Shown here: one piece after another, positions 34,966 through 47,817 of the stretch
Position numbering within the stretch: position 1 is the stretch's first letter
Layout of the letters: every line of letters starts with the position of its first letter
Source: Octopus bimaculoides
Taxonomy: Eukaryota
Direction: 5' to 3'
Assembly: GCF_001194135.2 (NCBI RefSeq)
Contig: NC_068981.1
Coordinates: 136,615,324-136,679,323 of the forward strand
DNA length: 64,000 nt
Notes under the pieces: generated by a model
The model's input: the letters and a program-made list of their open reading frames with translations, nothing else
Database searches by the model: none
What the model was told of the DNA's origin: nothing
Position numbers and translations under genes: made by a program

Positions 34966-36967
34966 CACTATATATATGTGTGTGTGTGCATAAGTATATA
35001 AAACACTATATATATATATATAGCTATTTTAATTTGATTAAATCAATATCACCATTCAAACTAAGTGAGACAGTGAGTTGTGCATGAAGTCATGAAATTG
35101 CTCAAAGCAAAGATGTTTTGAATCATGCATTGTTTTTAAGAACTTGGTTACAGGAACTAAGATGGTAAAGGAACTACCTATTAAGAATTTCTACTAGCTA
35201 TGACAAATACATAAAACTCATTATTTTACCATAAGCTATATTATCTTATATAAACCATATGATGTCTTATATTGCAGCATAAGAGGCAAAATCCATAATC
35301 GTTATGAAAATAATTTCAACTTACTTTATCTTGTACATATGTTGCAGTCGCAACTTTTTTTGTTATTGTGCTGCAAATATTCAAAGCCATTTATATTATT
35401 ATGCCAAACTATCAAGTCTTCTTACATAGCCTATATCTAGCTTTAAAAATTGCTCTGGAAAGTGGTATTTTTTTAAAAAGTAATTGATGTGTTCAATATA
35501 ACAGAAATGTAAAAAAAAAAAGTAAAAAATATAGGAGTATAATAAAATAAGCCATCTATTCTACAATATATATATATATATATATATCTTTGAACAATTG
35601 TTTTTAAAACTTAGAAATTATCTGAGAGAGATCTTTATAAAACAGATTAACACAGACCTTATAAAGAAGATTCTAGAGTAAGCACTTTCATCTATCATCA
35701 CCTATTCAGAAACATAGTATAAATCAAAGATTTATACATTAACAACAGAGAAAACTGGTCTATATGACATGTCTGAAGAGCAGTCAACAACAGTCAAAAA
35801 GGCTTGCAAAAAATTTTCTTCATATCTTCCATCCAGTCAGTCTTAGATTCTTTTAAAATGATATTTCTTTTAAATAATTTTTAATTTTTAAAGAAAATTC
35901 TTAAAATCAATTGATTTCCAATGTTGTCTTCATGTAGCAGTCATTGCAAGTATATCAAAAATATTTACCTAAAAATTTTAAAATAAACACGCACTCACAT
36001 ATTCAAGGTTTACCAGGTGTTGTGTATAAAGTTTTGTAGTCTACAAACAAAAGCTAACAATGATAACATTATGAGCTAACATAATGTTATGCAACATGCA
36101 CAAAATTTTAACTTTCTTTTTTGGTGTATTAAAATATGATAAGATTCCACAGTTTGATACATGAAATTAAAAGGCTTGCAATGCTCATAGCTCTGACCAT
36201 CAATCTCAACACATCAGCTTCTTGAATATAGCCATTATCTTCATGCTCAAAGGCAGGAAGGAGCTGAAGGTTTCTAGATGAGGTATATCATCTATTGTCC
36301 AGAGAGAACATTCTAAATGACCAGATGTTTACAGGATGGTCAAGGTTATCCAGCAAGCACAGGACATCATCAATGACAGCTCCAGCGGGTTGATGAAAAC
36401 CATCTTCAAGTATCACAAAAGTATTGAAGTCCACTGTTAGACATGATGCATAAAGACATCAAATACAAGTTTTCTATGATAAAAGGTCAATTCATGTCTG
36501 ACAAAGCTCCAGAGAATTTGTGGGATCCTGTGATTTGTCCAACATCATGTGACTTCCATGTTCTTTTGGCTTGAAACCCTTGGACAGTTCATCCTCTCTT
36601 CTGATGACATTCCAATGTCCTGGACTAGGGTGGCATAGCGGAAGTAGATAAACTGGCAGTTTGAGTGTGTCAAAGACTTGTTAAGGGCTGCTTGATATAA
36701 TGGATGTGATGGATGCCATGGGTGGAGGGTCTACTTGATCCCAACATATGGGTGATTTTGGTGACTGGCTAATTTCTTTGTTGCATTTAGTTGAACACCA
36801 CACTACAAAAATTCAACATACTAATGCTACATCTTCATTTTCTGAATCTTATTTGGAATATATATAAATCAAGATTTATACTTAAACCTATTATTTCATG
36901 AATATTACCATTCACAAAAAAATGATTTTTATCCCTTAATGAAGCTCTTTTAACCTCTATTTAGATT

Positions 36968-37041
<74 letters not shown>

Positions 37042-37074
37042 CATACACACATATATATATACATAATTCTTTTT

Positions 37075-37465
37075 TTTCTTTTATTTATTTCAGTCATTTG
37101 ACTGCGGCCATGCTGGAGTACCATCTTTAGTCAAACAAATCGACCCCAGGACTTATTCTTTGTAAGCCTAGTACTTATTCTATCGGTATCTTTTGCTGAA
37201 CCACTAAGTTGCGGGGGAGGGCGTAAATACACCAACATTAGTTGTCAAGCAATGGTGGGGGAGGGGGACAAACACAGATGCGTGCACACACACACACACA
37301 TATATACACAACGGGCTTCTTTCAGTTTCCGTCTACCAAATCCACTCACAAGGCTTTGGTCTGCCCAAGGCTATAGTAGAAGACACTTTCCCAAGGTGCC
37401 GTGCAGTGGAACTGAACCTGGAACCATGTGGCTGTTAAGCAAGCTTCTTACCACACAGCCATGCT
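37075..37465 (-). mobile_element. SINE family A, full length
   Basis: Well-preserved reverse-complement copy. Confidence 0.9.
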
Positions 37466-37467
37466 AG

Positions 37468-37770
37468 TGCTGGTGTAGCTGTGTGGTAAGACATTTGTTT
37501 CTCAACCAGATGGTCTTGGGTTCAATCCCTTGGTGTAGAAACTTAGGCAAATAGTCTTCTACTATAAGCCTATCATGACCAAAGCCTTGTGAGTGGATTT
37601 AGAGTGTAAATGAAAGAAACCTGTCATACCTATATGTGTGTGTGTGTGTGTGTGTGTGCGCACGTTTGTGTGCAAGTTACTATTTCCTTGCTTTGACTTC
37701 ATGTGATGGTTGTGAACAAATGTCACCAGTATGCAAGCATGGAAAAGAGGACATGATGACGATGACATTT
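37468..37770 (+). mobile_element. SINE: family A head + (TG)n + deleted family G tail
   Basis: Head immediately adjacent and opposite to 37075-37465; ends CAAGCATGGAAAAGAGGAC..GATGAC. Confidence 0.65.
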
Positions 37771-38756
37771 CAAATACAAAGTAGCAATAAAACGGTGAGG
37801 TAATAATCAAACTTTCTTTATAGTCGTATATATAAATTTCTTTTCCAGTTTATTTCTCACAAGAGACTAATATCACATAATATAGACCTAGATACATTAT
37901 GACTGAATAATAAATAGACTAGTTATAGCTGAAATACCTTTGATCATAGTCTGGCTTGAGCAAAGCTGACCTGGGGTTAAATAATAACAGCTGTGTTGAA
38001 GAGAATAATAATAATATTTTTCTCATTAATTTTTACATTGCGTCTGTTACTAATAAATATGTAGAACCATTCTTCCAGATTCACATTAAGTAGTGCTTGA
38101 TAGTATTGTTACTGTTTAACTCGAGGTCACCACTGATCAAACAATCCTCAGATCAAAGGACATTCCTCTCCACCTCATTTTTTTTTTTCTTTCTTTCTTG
38201 GAAAGTAGATGTAGAAAACAATGATAATGATGATAAGATACTGTATCAACGATGATATCCAATGTAATTTTCTTTTTAGAAAAAAGACAATAAAATGTGA
38301 TTTAAGAGAGATTTGGCTGTTATTTCACACAACTCAATCAACAGAATATGTATTACAGAAATAAGGATAGAAATATTCTATTGAGTATATGGAATTATGG
38401 TATTAAAGATTTTGAGAGTTGGCACTGATTCCTCTGTTAAGCTTGTTTTCTTTTTTAATTGAAGTCTGCTAGTAAAAATTTGACAATCATCGAATTTTTG
38501 CTTATTACTGTTTCTATAATTATCATTATTTAAGGTGGTAAGCTGGCAGAATCGTTAGCAGACCAGCTGAAATGTTTAATGGTATTTAGTCTGTCTTCAC
38601 ATTCTGAGTTCAAATTCCACCAAGGTTGACTTCGCCTGTCATCCTTTTGGTGTCAATAAAATAAGTACCAGTTAAGTACTGGGGTTGACGTAATTGACTT
38701 ATCCCTTCCCTTGAAATTGCTGGTCTTGCCAAGATTTAAAGTCATTATTATTATCG

Positions 38757-39312
38757 AGTGAGAGAGCAGTGCATGCCATCAAAGTGACACTGGGATAAAA
38801 TATACGAAGCCCAGTATACCCATCATGACTACCCGTCTGATATGGGTACACCAGGCACAAGCATCACAACCATGTGTGCAACATAGTGAACTCATATCAA
38901 GATTAACAGCACATGACTTTGCAGGTGGGGTCCAGTTAGAATTTTCTTCAGGTTGAGTAGCCCATCCCACTCAAAAGATCCTTAAACAACTCTTAGGTTG
39001 TTTAAGGATGTTGAATGAAACATCCATGTTTCCAGAGGGGAATTATCTAAACCCCAAAGAATTCTTCTCAACACATGGCTATGATGCTCCTCCACTACTT
39101 CTGCTCATGATCAGAGATGCACATATCGTCAGCCACTGAGGGACATGCTCAACTGGTTAAGGTCAAACAATTGACAAGCAAATCTGTGGTATTAAGCAGA
39201 ATATTTGCTGTAGTCCATCTTTTACACCAAAACAAAACAAAATAATGTACATGATAACACTTTCAATCAGTTGAGAAGCCATGAGAGCCACTGCTTGGTA
39301 CTGCATCAGGGT
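38757..39312 (-). repeat. Unclassified ~550-bp interspersed repeat with (ATA)n end
   Basis: Higher-complexity block bounded by (ATT)n runs, no ORF; single copy here, assignment from recall only. Confidence 0.4.
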
Positions 39313-39339
39313 ATTTATTATTATCATTATTATTATTAT

Positions 39340-40410
39340 TATGGCTGAGAGCTGGCAAAGTCATTACAATGGATAAAATGTTTCCTGTTTTTTTTTTTTT
39401 ATGTTCAAATACCTAAGAGGTTAATTTTGCCTTTTATTCTTTCAGGGTTCGTAAAATAAGTACTAGTTCAACACCTGGGGCGATGAAATTGGCTTGTCCC
39501 TCCCCTCAAAACAGGTAGCCTTGTACCAAAATTAGAATTATGTTATTAAGGCAGAAATTTGTGCACCTATGTTCCGAGTTCAAATTCCATTAAGACAACT
39601 TTGCCTTTCATCCTTTCAATACCAGTTACATACTGAGGTTGATGTAATTGACTAGTTCACTCTTCTAAAATTTCAGATCTTGTACCTTTAGTAGAAAGGA
39701 TTATTATTATTATCATCATCATCATCATCATGATTGCTGGCAGAATCGTTAGCATGCTGGGCAAAATGCTTAGCAGCATTTTGTTTGTCTTTACATTCTG
39801 AGTTCAAATTCCACTGGGGTCAACTTTGCTTTCATTCTTTCGGGGATCGATAAATTAAGTACCAGTGAAACACTGGGGATTGATGAAATCGACTATCCAC
39901 CTCCCCCAAATTTTAGGCCTTGTGCCTTTATTAGAAAAGATTATTATTATTATTAAGATGGTGAACTGGCAGAATTGTAGCATGCCAAGCAAAATGCTTA
40001 CCAGCATTCCATACAGTTTTATATTCTGAGTTCAGATTACACTGAGGTTAACTTTGCCTCTCATCCCATTGGGGTTGATAAAATAAGTGTACCAGTTAAG
40101 TCAATGTTGATTACATTGGGGATCAATGTAATCAACTTCCCCTTCCCCTCAAAAACTGTTGACCCTGTGCCAAAATTATTGTTATTATATCATAAAGGTG
40201 GAGAGCTGCTGGAATCATTAGCACACCGGACGAAATATTTAGCAGTATTTTGTCTGGCACTACATTCTGAGTTCAAATTCCACCAAGGTTGATTTTGCTT
40301 TTCATTCTTTCAGGCTCGATTAAATAAGTACCAGTTTCGCACTGGGCCGATGTAATTGACTTAATTCCTTCCCCAAAATTTCAGGACTTGTGCTTCCAGT
40401 AGAAAGGATT
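39340..40410 (+). mobile_element. Chain of five SINE family B copies
   Basis: Copies start at ~39340, 39545, 39735, 39955 and 40195, joined by (ATT)/(ATC)n. Confidence 0.8.
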
Positions 40411-40924
40411 ATTATTATTGTTATTAATGCTGGTTCCTTGAATCCATCCCCATAAAGTAGACTTGTCTCAGAAAATTACAGGTCTGACAAAAAGTGATTC
40501 CTGTTGAAAAAAAAAAAAAAAACAGGTCACATTAAGTTCTGATATCTCCTTTGTAAATTGCAATAAGTATAGCTATTACTATTATTCTCCAATGGTGACT
40601 GAAACATTTAATCTGATTAAACTGATTGGTTTCCAGTGCAGTCTTCAAGTAGCAATCATTATAAAAAAGAGGATATAATGACTGGGCCCCCGTCAATCTA
40701 AACCAGGAAGCAAATTAAAATCAACTAAAGAAACACCTTTGTTTTATAAATAAACTAATAAGATATCAATGTAAAGGATTTGAAGTATAGAAGAGCAACA
40801 GAAGCATTGTCTGGATAAATCTCATGACAAAGATATTTTTTTTTTCTGTTTTGGCAAAGGCTTCATTACTTGATAAGGCTGAGTTGGATATAATTAGTTA
40901 TTACATCAGCATAATTATGGTGAT

Positions 40925-40966
<42 letters not shown>

Positions 40967-41107
40967 AGCATACATGCATACACACACGCACACACACTCA
41001 CACACATACACATATAGACACACACACACACATATATATACAACCCATGCCAGTATGGAAAATGATTGTTAAAGGACGATGAAGATGATCCATATATACA
41101 CATACAT

Positions 41108-41152
<45 letters not shown>

Positions 41153-41644
41153 CACACACACAAACACATACACACACTTTTGTGTGGGTGCGCATATGTA
41201 AATATATATATTTTCATCATCATTGTTTAACGTCTGCTTTGCATCCTGGCACGGGTTGCACAGTTTGACTGATGACTGGCAAGCCAGGAGTCTGCACCAG
41301 GCTCCAATGTGATTTGGCAAGATTTCTACAGCTGGATGCCTTTCCTAATGCCAGCCACTCCAAGAGTGTGGTAGGTGCTTTTTATGTGTCATCGGCATGG
41401 AAACCAGTCAGGTGGCACTGGCATCAGCCACGCTCAAATGATGGTACTATGGTTTTTGTAATCAATGATCTCCCACCCCAAAAAAATTTCATGTCTTGTA
41501 CCTAAAGTAGAAAGGAATCTTATTCATGGTTCATGGAATTTTCTCACAAAGTAGATTGTCTCAGAAAACTACTGGCCTCATACAAGTTCACTTAATACTG
41601 AGTGCTTTCTAGATATCTGCCTGGATTTATTAATCCCTTTTACC

Positions 41645-41682
<38 letters not shown>

Positions 41683-41685
<3 letters not shown>

Positions 41686-42470
41686 AGGAGTAAATATTTA
41701 TATAGATATTATTATTGTTATTATTCTCTGTGGTAAATATGAATTGACAACAACAATAATATAGATGGCTGCAAGTGTCAAATAATGTTAGATAGCTACA
41801 CAATTAAAATTTATATTTATCATAAGGGCATATGTGGCGCCTACCTGCTAGAAAGTGGAGTTAAAACCCTAAACTTAACCACCAATGACACTAAAAAATT
41901 GAACAAATAACGATAGTTGGGTAAATGAGCAAAAAAATTTGACATACCATCACAGTTTAATACTATATAGCATAGTATTTAGATATACTTGTATCATGAG
42001 TTCGAGTTTTGGTGAAAAACCTCAACTCTCTTCAGTAAGTTTTACCAAGTGAAAAATTCAACTCGTACTAGAGTCTGCTGGTGTTCTGAATTGTTTCACG
42101 CCAAATTTAGAATAAATTCAGTGTAAATATATTTATAATATGGAGTAAATATTCAATTGTAGATATCATTATTTTATTATTAACTGTGGTAAATATCAAG
42201 GTGGCTGCAGGTGTTAAATAGCATTAGATAGCTATACAAATCAAATTTATATCATGGTTAAGGTTTTTCGCCAAAACTCGAAATCATGATATAAGTATAT
42301 CCAAATACCAAACTATATAACATTAACCTGTGATGATTTGGCAAATTTTTGCTCGTTTGCTTGACTACTATTGTTATCTTGAATTTTCCAGTGTCATTGG
42401 TGGTTAAATTGAAAAATTGACGTTTTAACCCCACTTTCTAGCAGGTGGGCACCTCACGTGCCCTTATGAT
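41683..42470 (-). mobile_element. PLE-derived tandem + inverted pseudo-LTR element (~440-bp monomer) with hammerhead
   Basis: Direct repeat 41683-41820 / 42138-42255, ~200-bp inverted repeat 41820-42022 / 42261-42468, (TA)n on both sides. Confidence 0.75.
41987..42040 (-). ncRNA. Minimal type I hammerhead ribozyme motif
   Basis: Minus strand ACTTA CTGAAGA GAGTT gaGGTttttcACCaa AACTC GAAC T-CATG-A T A CAAGT; the inverted copy (42261-42296,+) has GAAA and TAAGT, giving a perfect consensus. Confidence 0.75.
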
Positions 42471-42483
42471 ATATATATATATG

Positions 42484-42819
42484 GTAAAGACCCTCTGTGG
42501 TCATGAATGATATCATGGGATTGCATTGAGAAAGTTCCCCTCTGAGGCACAAGTCCAGGCAAGGTTGTTTATAGAAGACCAGCAGTTGCCCACACATACC
42601 AGTATGCTCTCTCCAAAACACCGATGTTGTCCAAGAGAAAGGGGAAAGCTAATCCAGCTTGGCATCAGTGATGGTGCAACTCATTTCTACAACTGAGTGA
42701 ACTGGAGCAATGTGAAATAAATTGTATTGCTCAAGAATACAACACAGCTCAGTTTGGAAATTGAACTCACTACCTCATAATTGTGAGCCTGATGCTCTAA
42801 CCACTGACTCATGTGCCTT

Positions 42820-42820
<1 letters not shown>
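42484..42820 (-). mobile_element. SINE family C, long-tail subfamily, full length
   Basis: Minus strand head GAAGGCACATGAGTCAGTGGTTAGAGC...TTGCTCCAGTTCACTCAG, tail as in 853-1101 and 46880-46975. Confidence 0.78.
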
Positions 42821-42850
<30 letters not shown>

Positions 42851-43244
42851 CAATCATCATTATCATTTAATGTCCATCTTCCATGCTGGCATGGGTTGGA
42901 TGGTTTGAAAGGAGCCGGCTGTGTAGAAGACTACACCAGGCTACTGTGTCTTTTTTGGCATGGTTTTACAGCTGGATGCCCTTCCTAACACCAACCACCT
43001 CTTAGAGTGAACTGAGTGCTTTTTTACAGGTAAAAGAGTGGAGATAATGGTATTAGATTTATTCTTAGGTTATAACTGTTTCAACAACAGAGGAATCAGA
43101 TAAACCATTTAATATGGTAAGAAAACATATAACCAAGAAAATAAACAATGATTATGTAATTTTCAGTAATATTACATGTGACCACTTGTCATTTCATCTA
43201 AGCCAAATGAGCAAATCAATACACATGCACTTGGATGAATACAC

Positions 43245-43276
<32 letters not shown>

Positions 43277-43833
43277 GTGAGTAGGTGGAGCTTATAGTGT
43301 TGTAGTGAGGAAGCAATCATTTCGACATGGGGTACCTGACTTGCAGAGGACAAACTGTATACTTATGATAAAATTGATTGTGACACTTGAGTTATTGACC
43401 AGACCAGAAAGTCAGACAGTTGGCTGTTGTTGGAGTAGATAAAGTTGTTTTTAAATATGGGTGTCAATAACCAATGTTGTAAATTAACTGGGATGATCAA
43501 ATATACATACACACACGTACACATACATATCTTTTAATCTTTTATTTGCTTCAGTCTTTGGACTGTGACCACACTGGGACACCACCTTCAAGGGTTTTAG
43601 TCAAACAAATCAACCCCAGTACTTGTTTTTTTCTCTTAAGCCTAGTACTTATTCTATTGGTCTCTTTTTGTTAAACGTCTAAGTTGTGGGGATGTAAGAA
43701 AACCAACACCAGTTGTCAAGTGGTGGTGGGAAATGAACACAAAGATGCAAAGACATGCACATACACACACACTAAATATATATACATAGATAGATAGAAA
43801 GATAGATGCAGGAGTGGCTGTGTGGTAAGAAGT

Positions 43834-44812
43834 AACTTTTACAAGATAATTGATTCCTTCTCTAAGGAGGAGTATAATTTTCTTTTCTGGTTATAATTTT
43901 ATTCTCTGTGGTAAGGGGGAGGGGAGGTAATCCGATGTTAGGCAGGTCAGCTAATAACCTGTAATGTAGGTGTTAGTGGTATTTAGAGAGTAAGAATTTA
44001 TCTTTATGTAAACATGTATTTTTCTCATCTTGTTTATTAAGTAATTCGGATTTAGCCATTAAAATGGAGAATTTCTCATTTATGCATAAATTACGGCAAT
44101 TATTTTTAAGATTATATGAAGATGTTTTGGCAAGGATACGCCATTCTAATCTATAATTAATGTTATTGTCTTTCAGTTTCTAGATGTGATTACTTAATGC
44201 AGTAGAATTAGCCTTCTATTTCTGAAACTTGAGCGATGGGAATTACATTTAAGTTTCAATTCATTTCTAATTGTTCCTATATAAGTTTTCTTGTAATTAT
44301 AGGAGAATACATCACATTGGTAGATTACAATTTTAGTTTTACATTTAAAGAATTCACAAGTATTTTTATTTCTGCAACCACATAGATTAGTTAGATTATC
44401 TGTGCCTATGATATGGTGGGTTGGGGGATCTTATTCTTCGTACTATCTTTATTATTACTACTATTGTTGTTATTCTTATTGTTTTTGTGATTATTATTAT
44501 TATAGGTATGTTGGCTATTATTCCTATCGTTATAATTATGAATATTTATGGCAAGTCTGGTTATTTCTATAAGGCTCCGAGTAAAGGTACTTAATTTTTT
44601 GTTTATAACCTGGTTTTTCCAATGCAATGCTGTAGTGTTCCTTATGCTTATTGAAGATATCTTCGTTGGATGAGAGATACGAAATTCTTTTACTAATGCC
44701 CTGTACAAGTCCTCTTTTTATAAAGTTTGGGTGGTTGCTATGTGCATTAATATATTTGAGGTTGATATTAGGTTTAATGTACAGTTCATGTAATCCCGTG
44801 CTTATATATCCC
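43834..44812 (-). mobile_element. 5'-truncated Penelope-like element inserted in the microsatellite of a SINE A
   Basis: SINE A head at ~44838-44990(-) and tail at ~43530-43760(-) flank it; ORF remnant plus 3' UTR. Confidence 0.8.
43973..44812 (-). pseudogene. PLE RT thumb + GIY-YIG endonuclease pseudogene
   Basis: YIKPNINLKYINAHSNHP..RISYLSSNEDIF..ALEKPGY; CGCRNKNTC; VIYQC..TYIG..NSHRSSF; STALSNHI*KLKD; CRNLCINEKFSIL; LLNKQDEKNTCLHKDKFLL; frameshifts and a stop. Confidence 0.88.
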
Positions 44813-45359
44813 ATTTTTATATATACATATATACACAAATGGGTTCTTTCAGTTTCTAGCTACCAGACCCCTTCAAAAGGCTTTAGTTGATCTGGGACTA
44901 TAACAAAAAACCCTTTCTCAAGTTCCTTTGTAGTGGGACTGAACCCAGACCATGTTGTTGAGAAGTAAACTTCTTGTCATGCATCCACACCGTTTCAGTC
45001 ATTTGTTTGTATTCAAAAACTGTCACTTCAAATTGGAGAATAAAATGTTATTATGATAGATCATTATACAGTTATTATACTATGAGCCTTCCTTAATAGC
45101 TTTCTCTCCATAACTTACAAAGCCTTTCACGTTTGTTTACAAATATTATATGTAGTATTAGACAGTTTAAGTATATATCAACTAAATATGGTTGAAATTG
45201 ATGGGTGAACGTTTGGCCCAATTGGATGCGCAAGGAGCCATTTTAGTGTTGATCTGTGGGTTTGATTCTGGCTGGGGTTAGCTCATCATTTTTTTCAGTC
45301 ATTTGTTTGCATTTAAAAATTGTCGCTTCAGATCAGAGAATAAAATATTACTATGACAT

Positions 45360-45529
45360 ATTATTGTGGCTGTGTGGTAAGAAGCTTGCTTCCCAACCAC
45401 ATGGTTCTGGATTCAGTCCCACTGCATGGTACTTTGGCCATGTGTTTTCTACCATAGCTTCAGACCAACCAAAGCCTTGTGAGTGGATTTGGTAGACAGA
45501 AACTGAAAAGAAGCCCATCACACACACAC

Positions 45530-45573
<44 letters not shown>

Positions 45574-45775
45574 CTTTGTGTCTGTGTTTGCCCCATCACC
45601 GTTGCTTGACAACTGATTTCCCCATAACTTAGAGGTTTGGCAAAAGAGTCCAATAGAATAAGTACCAAGCTTAGAAAGCTTACAAAGAATAAGTCCTGGG
45701 GTCGATTTGTTTGACTAAAAGGCAGAGCTTCAGAATCGCTGCAGTCAAATAACTGAAGCAAATAAAAGAATAAAA
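45360..45775 (+). mobile_element. SINE family A, full length
   Basis: Head, (TG)n, tail ending AAAAGAATAAAA. Confidence 0.88.
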
Positions 45776-46306
45776 AACATATATATATCATACAAATATA
45801 CATACATTTATTTATACATGCATGCACACACACACACACACACAGCATGAGTTTCTGTACAGTTTCCACCTACCAAATTTCACTTGCAAAGCACCAATCA
45901 ACACTAGACTATGGCAGAAGACACTGGAATTAATTAGTAAAAGTACCTACACAGATTATGTACTGTGCAGAGTTATACTTAGTACTACTCTGAAATATAG
46001 CTTCATTTATTTTTATTTTATGTTTCAGCTTTAAAGCTGCAGTCATGCTGGAGCACCGTGAGTTCTTTCAGTTATTCGACATGGGAGACTGAACTAATGA
46101 GTATTGTTGCTCTGTAATAACTGCACAGGGTTCATTTACTTCCAAAGATACCAAGACGAAGTAGCAGGAAGTTACTAATTACAATGTAAACAAGACTGTG
46201 CCCAGTACATCTTATAAACATAGAAAGGAGATGTAGTCCAATCTTGATCTGCTGAGGAGTAACAAAATCTGTTGGATTGATTTTGATAAGCTGCTATCTA
46301 TCTATT

Positions 46307-46348
<42 letters not shown>

Positions 46349-46359
46349 TCTCTCTCTCA

Positions 46360-46428
<69 letters not shown>

Positions 46429-47770
46429 GGTTCCTTATATATTTTGTTTTTCTATTTGTCTTCTAAGCTACTTGGTATGAAATCCTGTGTTGAAACATGT
46501 TATTGTATATAAAAAGGGTTAAGTTGGCCAATAAAAACAAAAATAATAATAAAATGATATTTAATTGAGCCAGCAATTGTTGTTATTGGCAAAATGACCC
46601 TCCCAAGGTACAGCAGACTCATGCCCATCATTTCATACCCACTCTTCCATGCTAGATAGAATTTGGTGGAGCAGATTTTGATGGAGCTGATTTTGATGGG
46701 GCTAGTTTCCAAGCAAAGTGGTATTTTCCTATAGTAGGACATGTTTTACATGGAAGGCAGGAAACAAACAATTTCACTGGTCATTTATGACTATCATGTG
46801 ATGTCTCGACAAGGACAGACGCAAACACATACATAACATGGATATAAAATAATGATGGTTATATATATATAGAGAGTAAAGAGTAAGGACCCCCTTTGGT
46901 CATGAATGACTGTGAGATTACACCAAGAAAGTTCCCCTCTTAGGCACAAGCCCAGGCAAGGTTGTTTATATATTCATGTTTTACCTTATCTAATGAAGAA
47001 AAACTGTAGGTGCAATAAAGATAAATGACCAACTAGTTTACTTTGCAAACATAGGATCCTTGGTTCAATCCTACTGTATGATAGCTTAGGTAAATGCCAC
47101 TTTTCATAGCGTGGGTTAGTGGTTAGTGTTTTCTGTTCATGATCATAAGGTTGTAAGTTTGATTCTCAGTGGTGTGTTGTATCCTTAAGGAAGGCAATTC
47201 AGTTCACATTACTCCAGTCCACTCAGCTGGTAAAAATGAGCAGTAACTGTAATTTGAAGGGCCAACTCTTTCATATTCCTTGTCACACTGAATCTCTTCC
47301 CTGAGAACTATGTTAAGGGTATGTGTTACTGTGGAATGCACAGCCACTTGCATGTTAATTTCACATGCCAGCTATTCCTTTGATCAGATGAACTGGAATG
47401 CTTGTTGCTGTAACCAACAAAGTACCCAAACTAAGTGGATTAACCCATACCTTATGAGTGAAATTGGATGAATGGAAACTATAGAGAAACTTATTGAGTC
47501 AATTGTTCTTGTAACTAAAAGGGTACACCCTTGTTACAGAGGGTCATGCTGGTATTCTCTGATAATTACATTGTAGGTACACTAAACACTCAGCCACTTA
47601 CACATTAATTCAGGAGTATATAACCTAGCTAATCAAACAAGAGACTCTTTCTTGTCAAATGATAAAATTATGCAGTAAAAAGAAAAAAAAAAAAAGATAT
47701 AGTTTATGGCAAATATTAATCCTTGACTAATAAAAATTTCATTTTCATTGCATTTATGAGAGACAACTTC

Positions 47771-47815
<45 letters not shown>

Positions 47816-47817
47816 TA

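Noticed and set aside
35770-35800. Other CTGANGA heptamers (35774, 36601, 47975-, 51546)
   Set aside because: No stem II followed by GAAA, so not hammerheads.
36180-36800. Higher-GC block with faint RTE-like peptide hints (LTINL...)
   Set aside because: Too degenerate to support; needs a translated HMM search.
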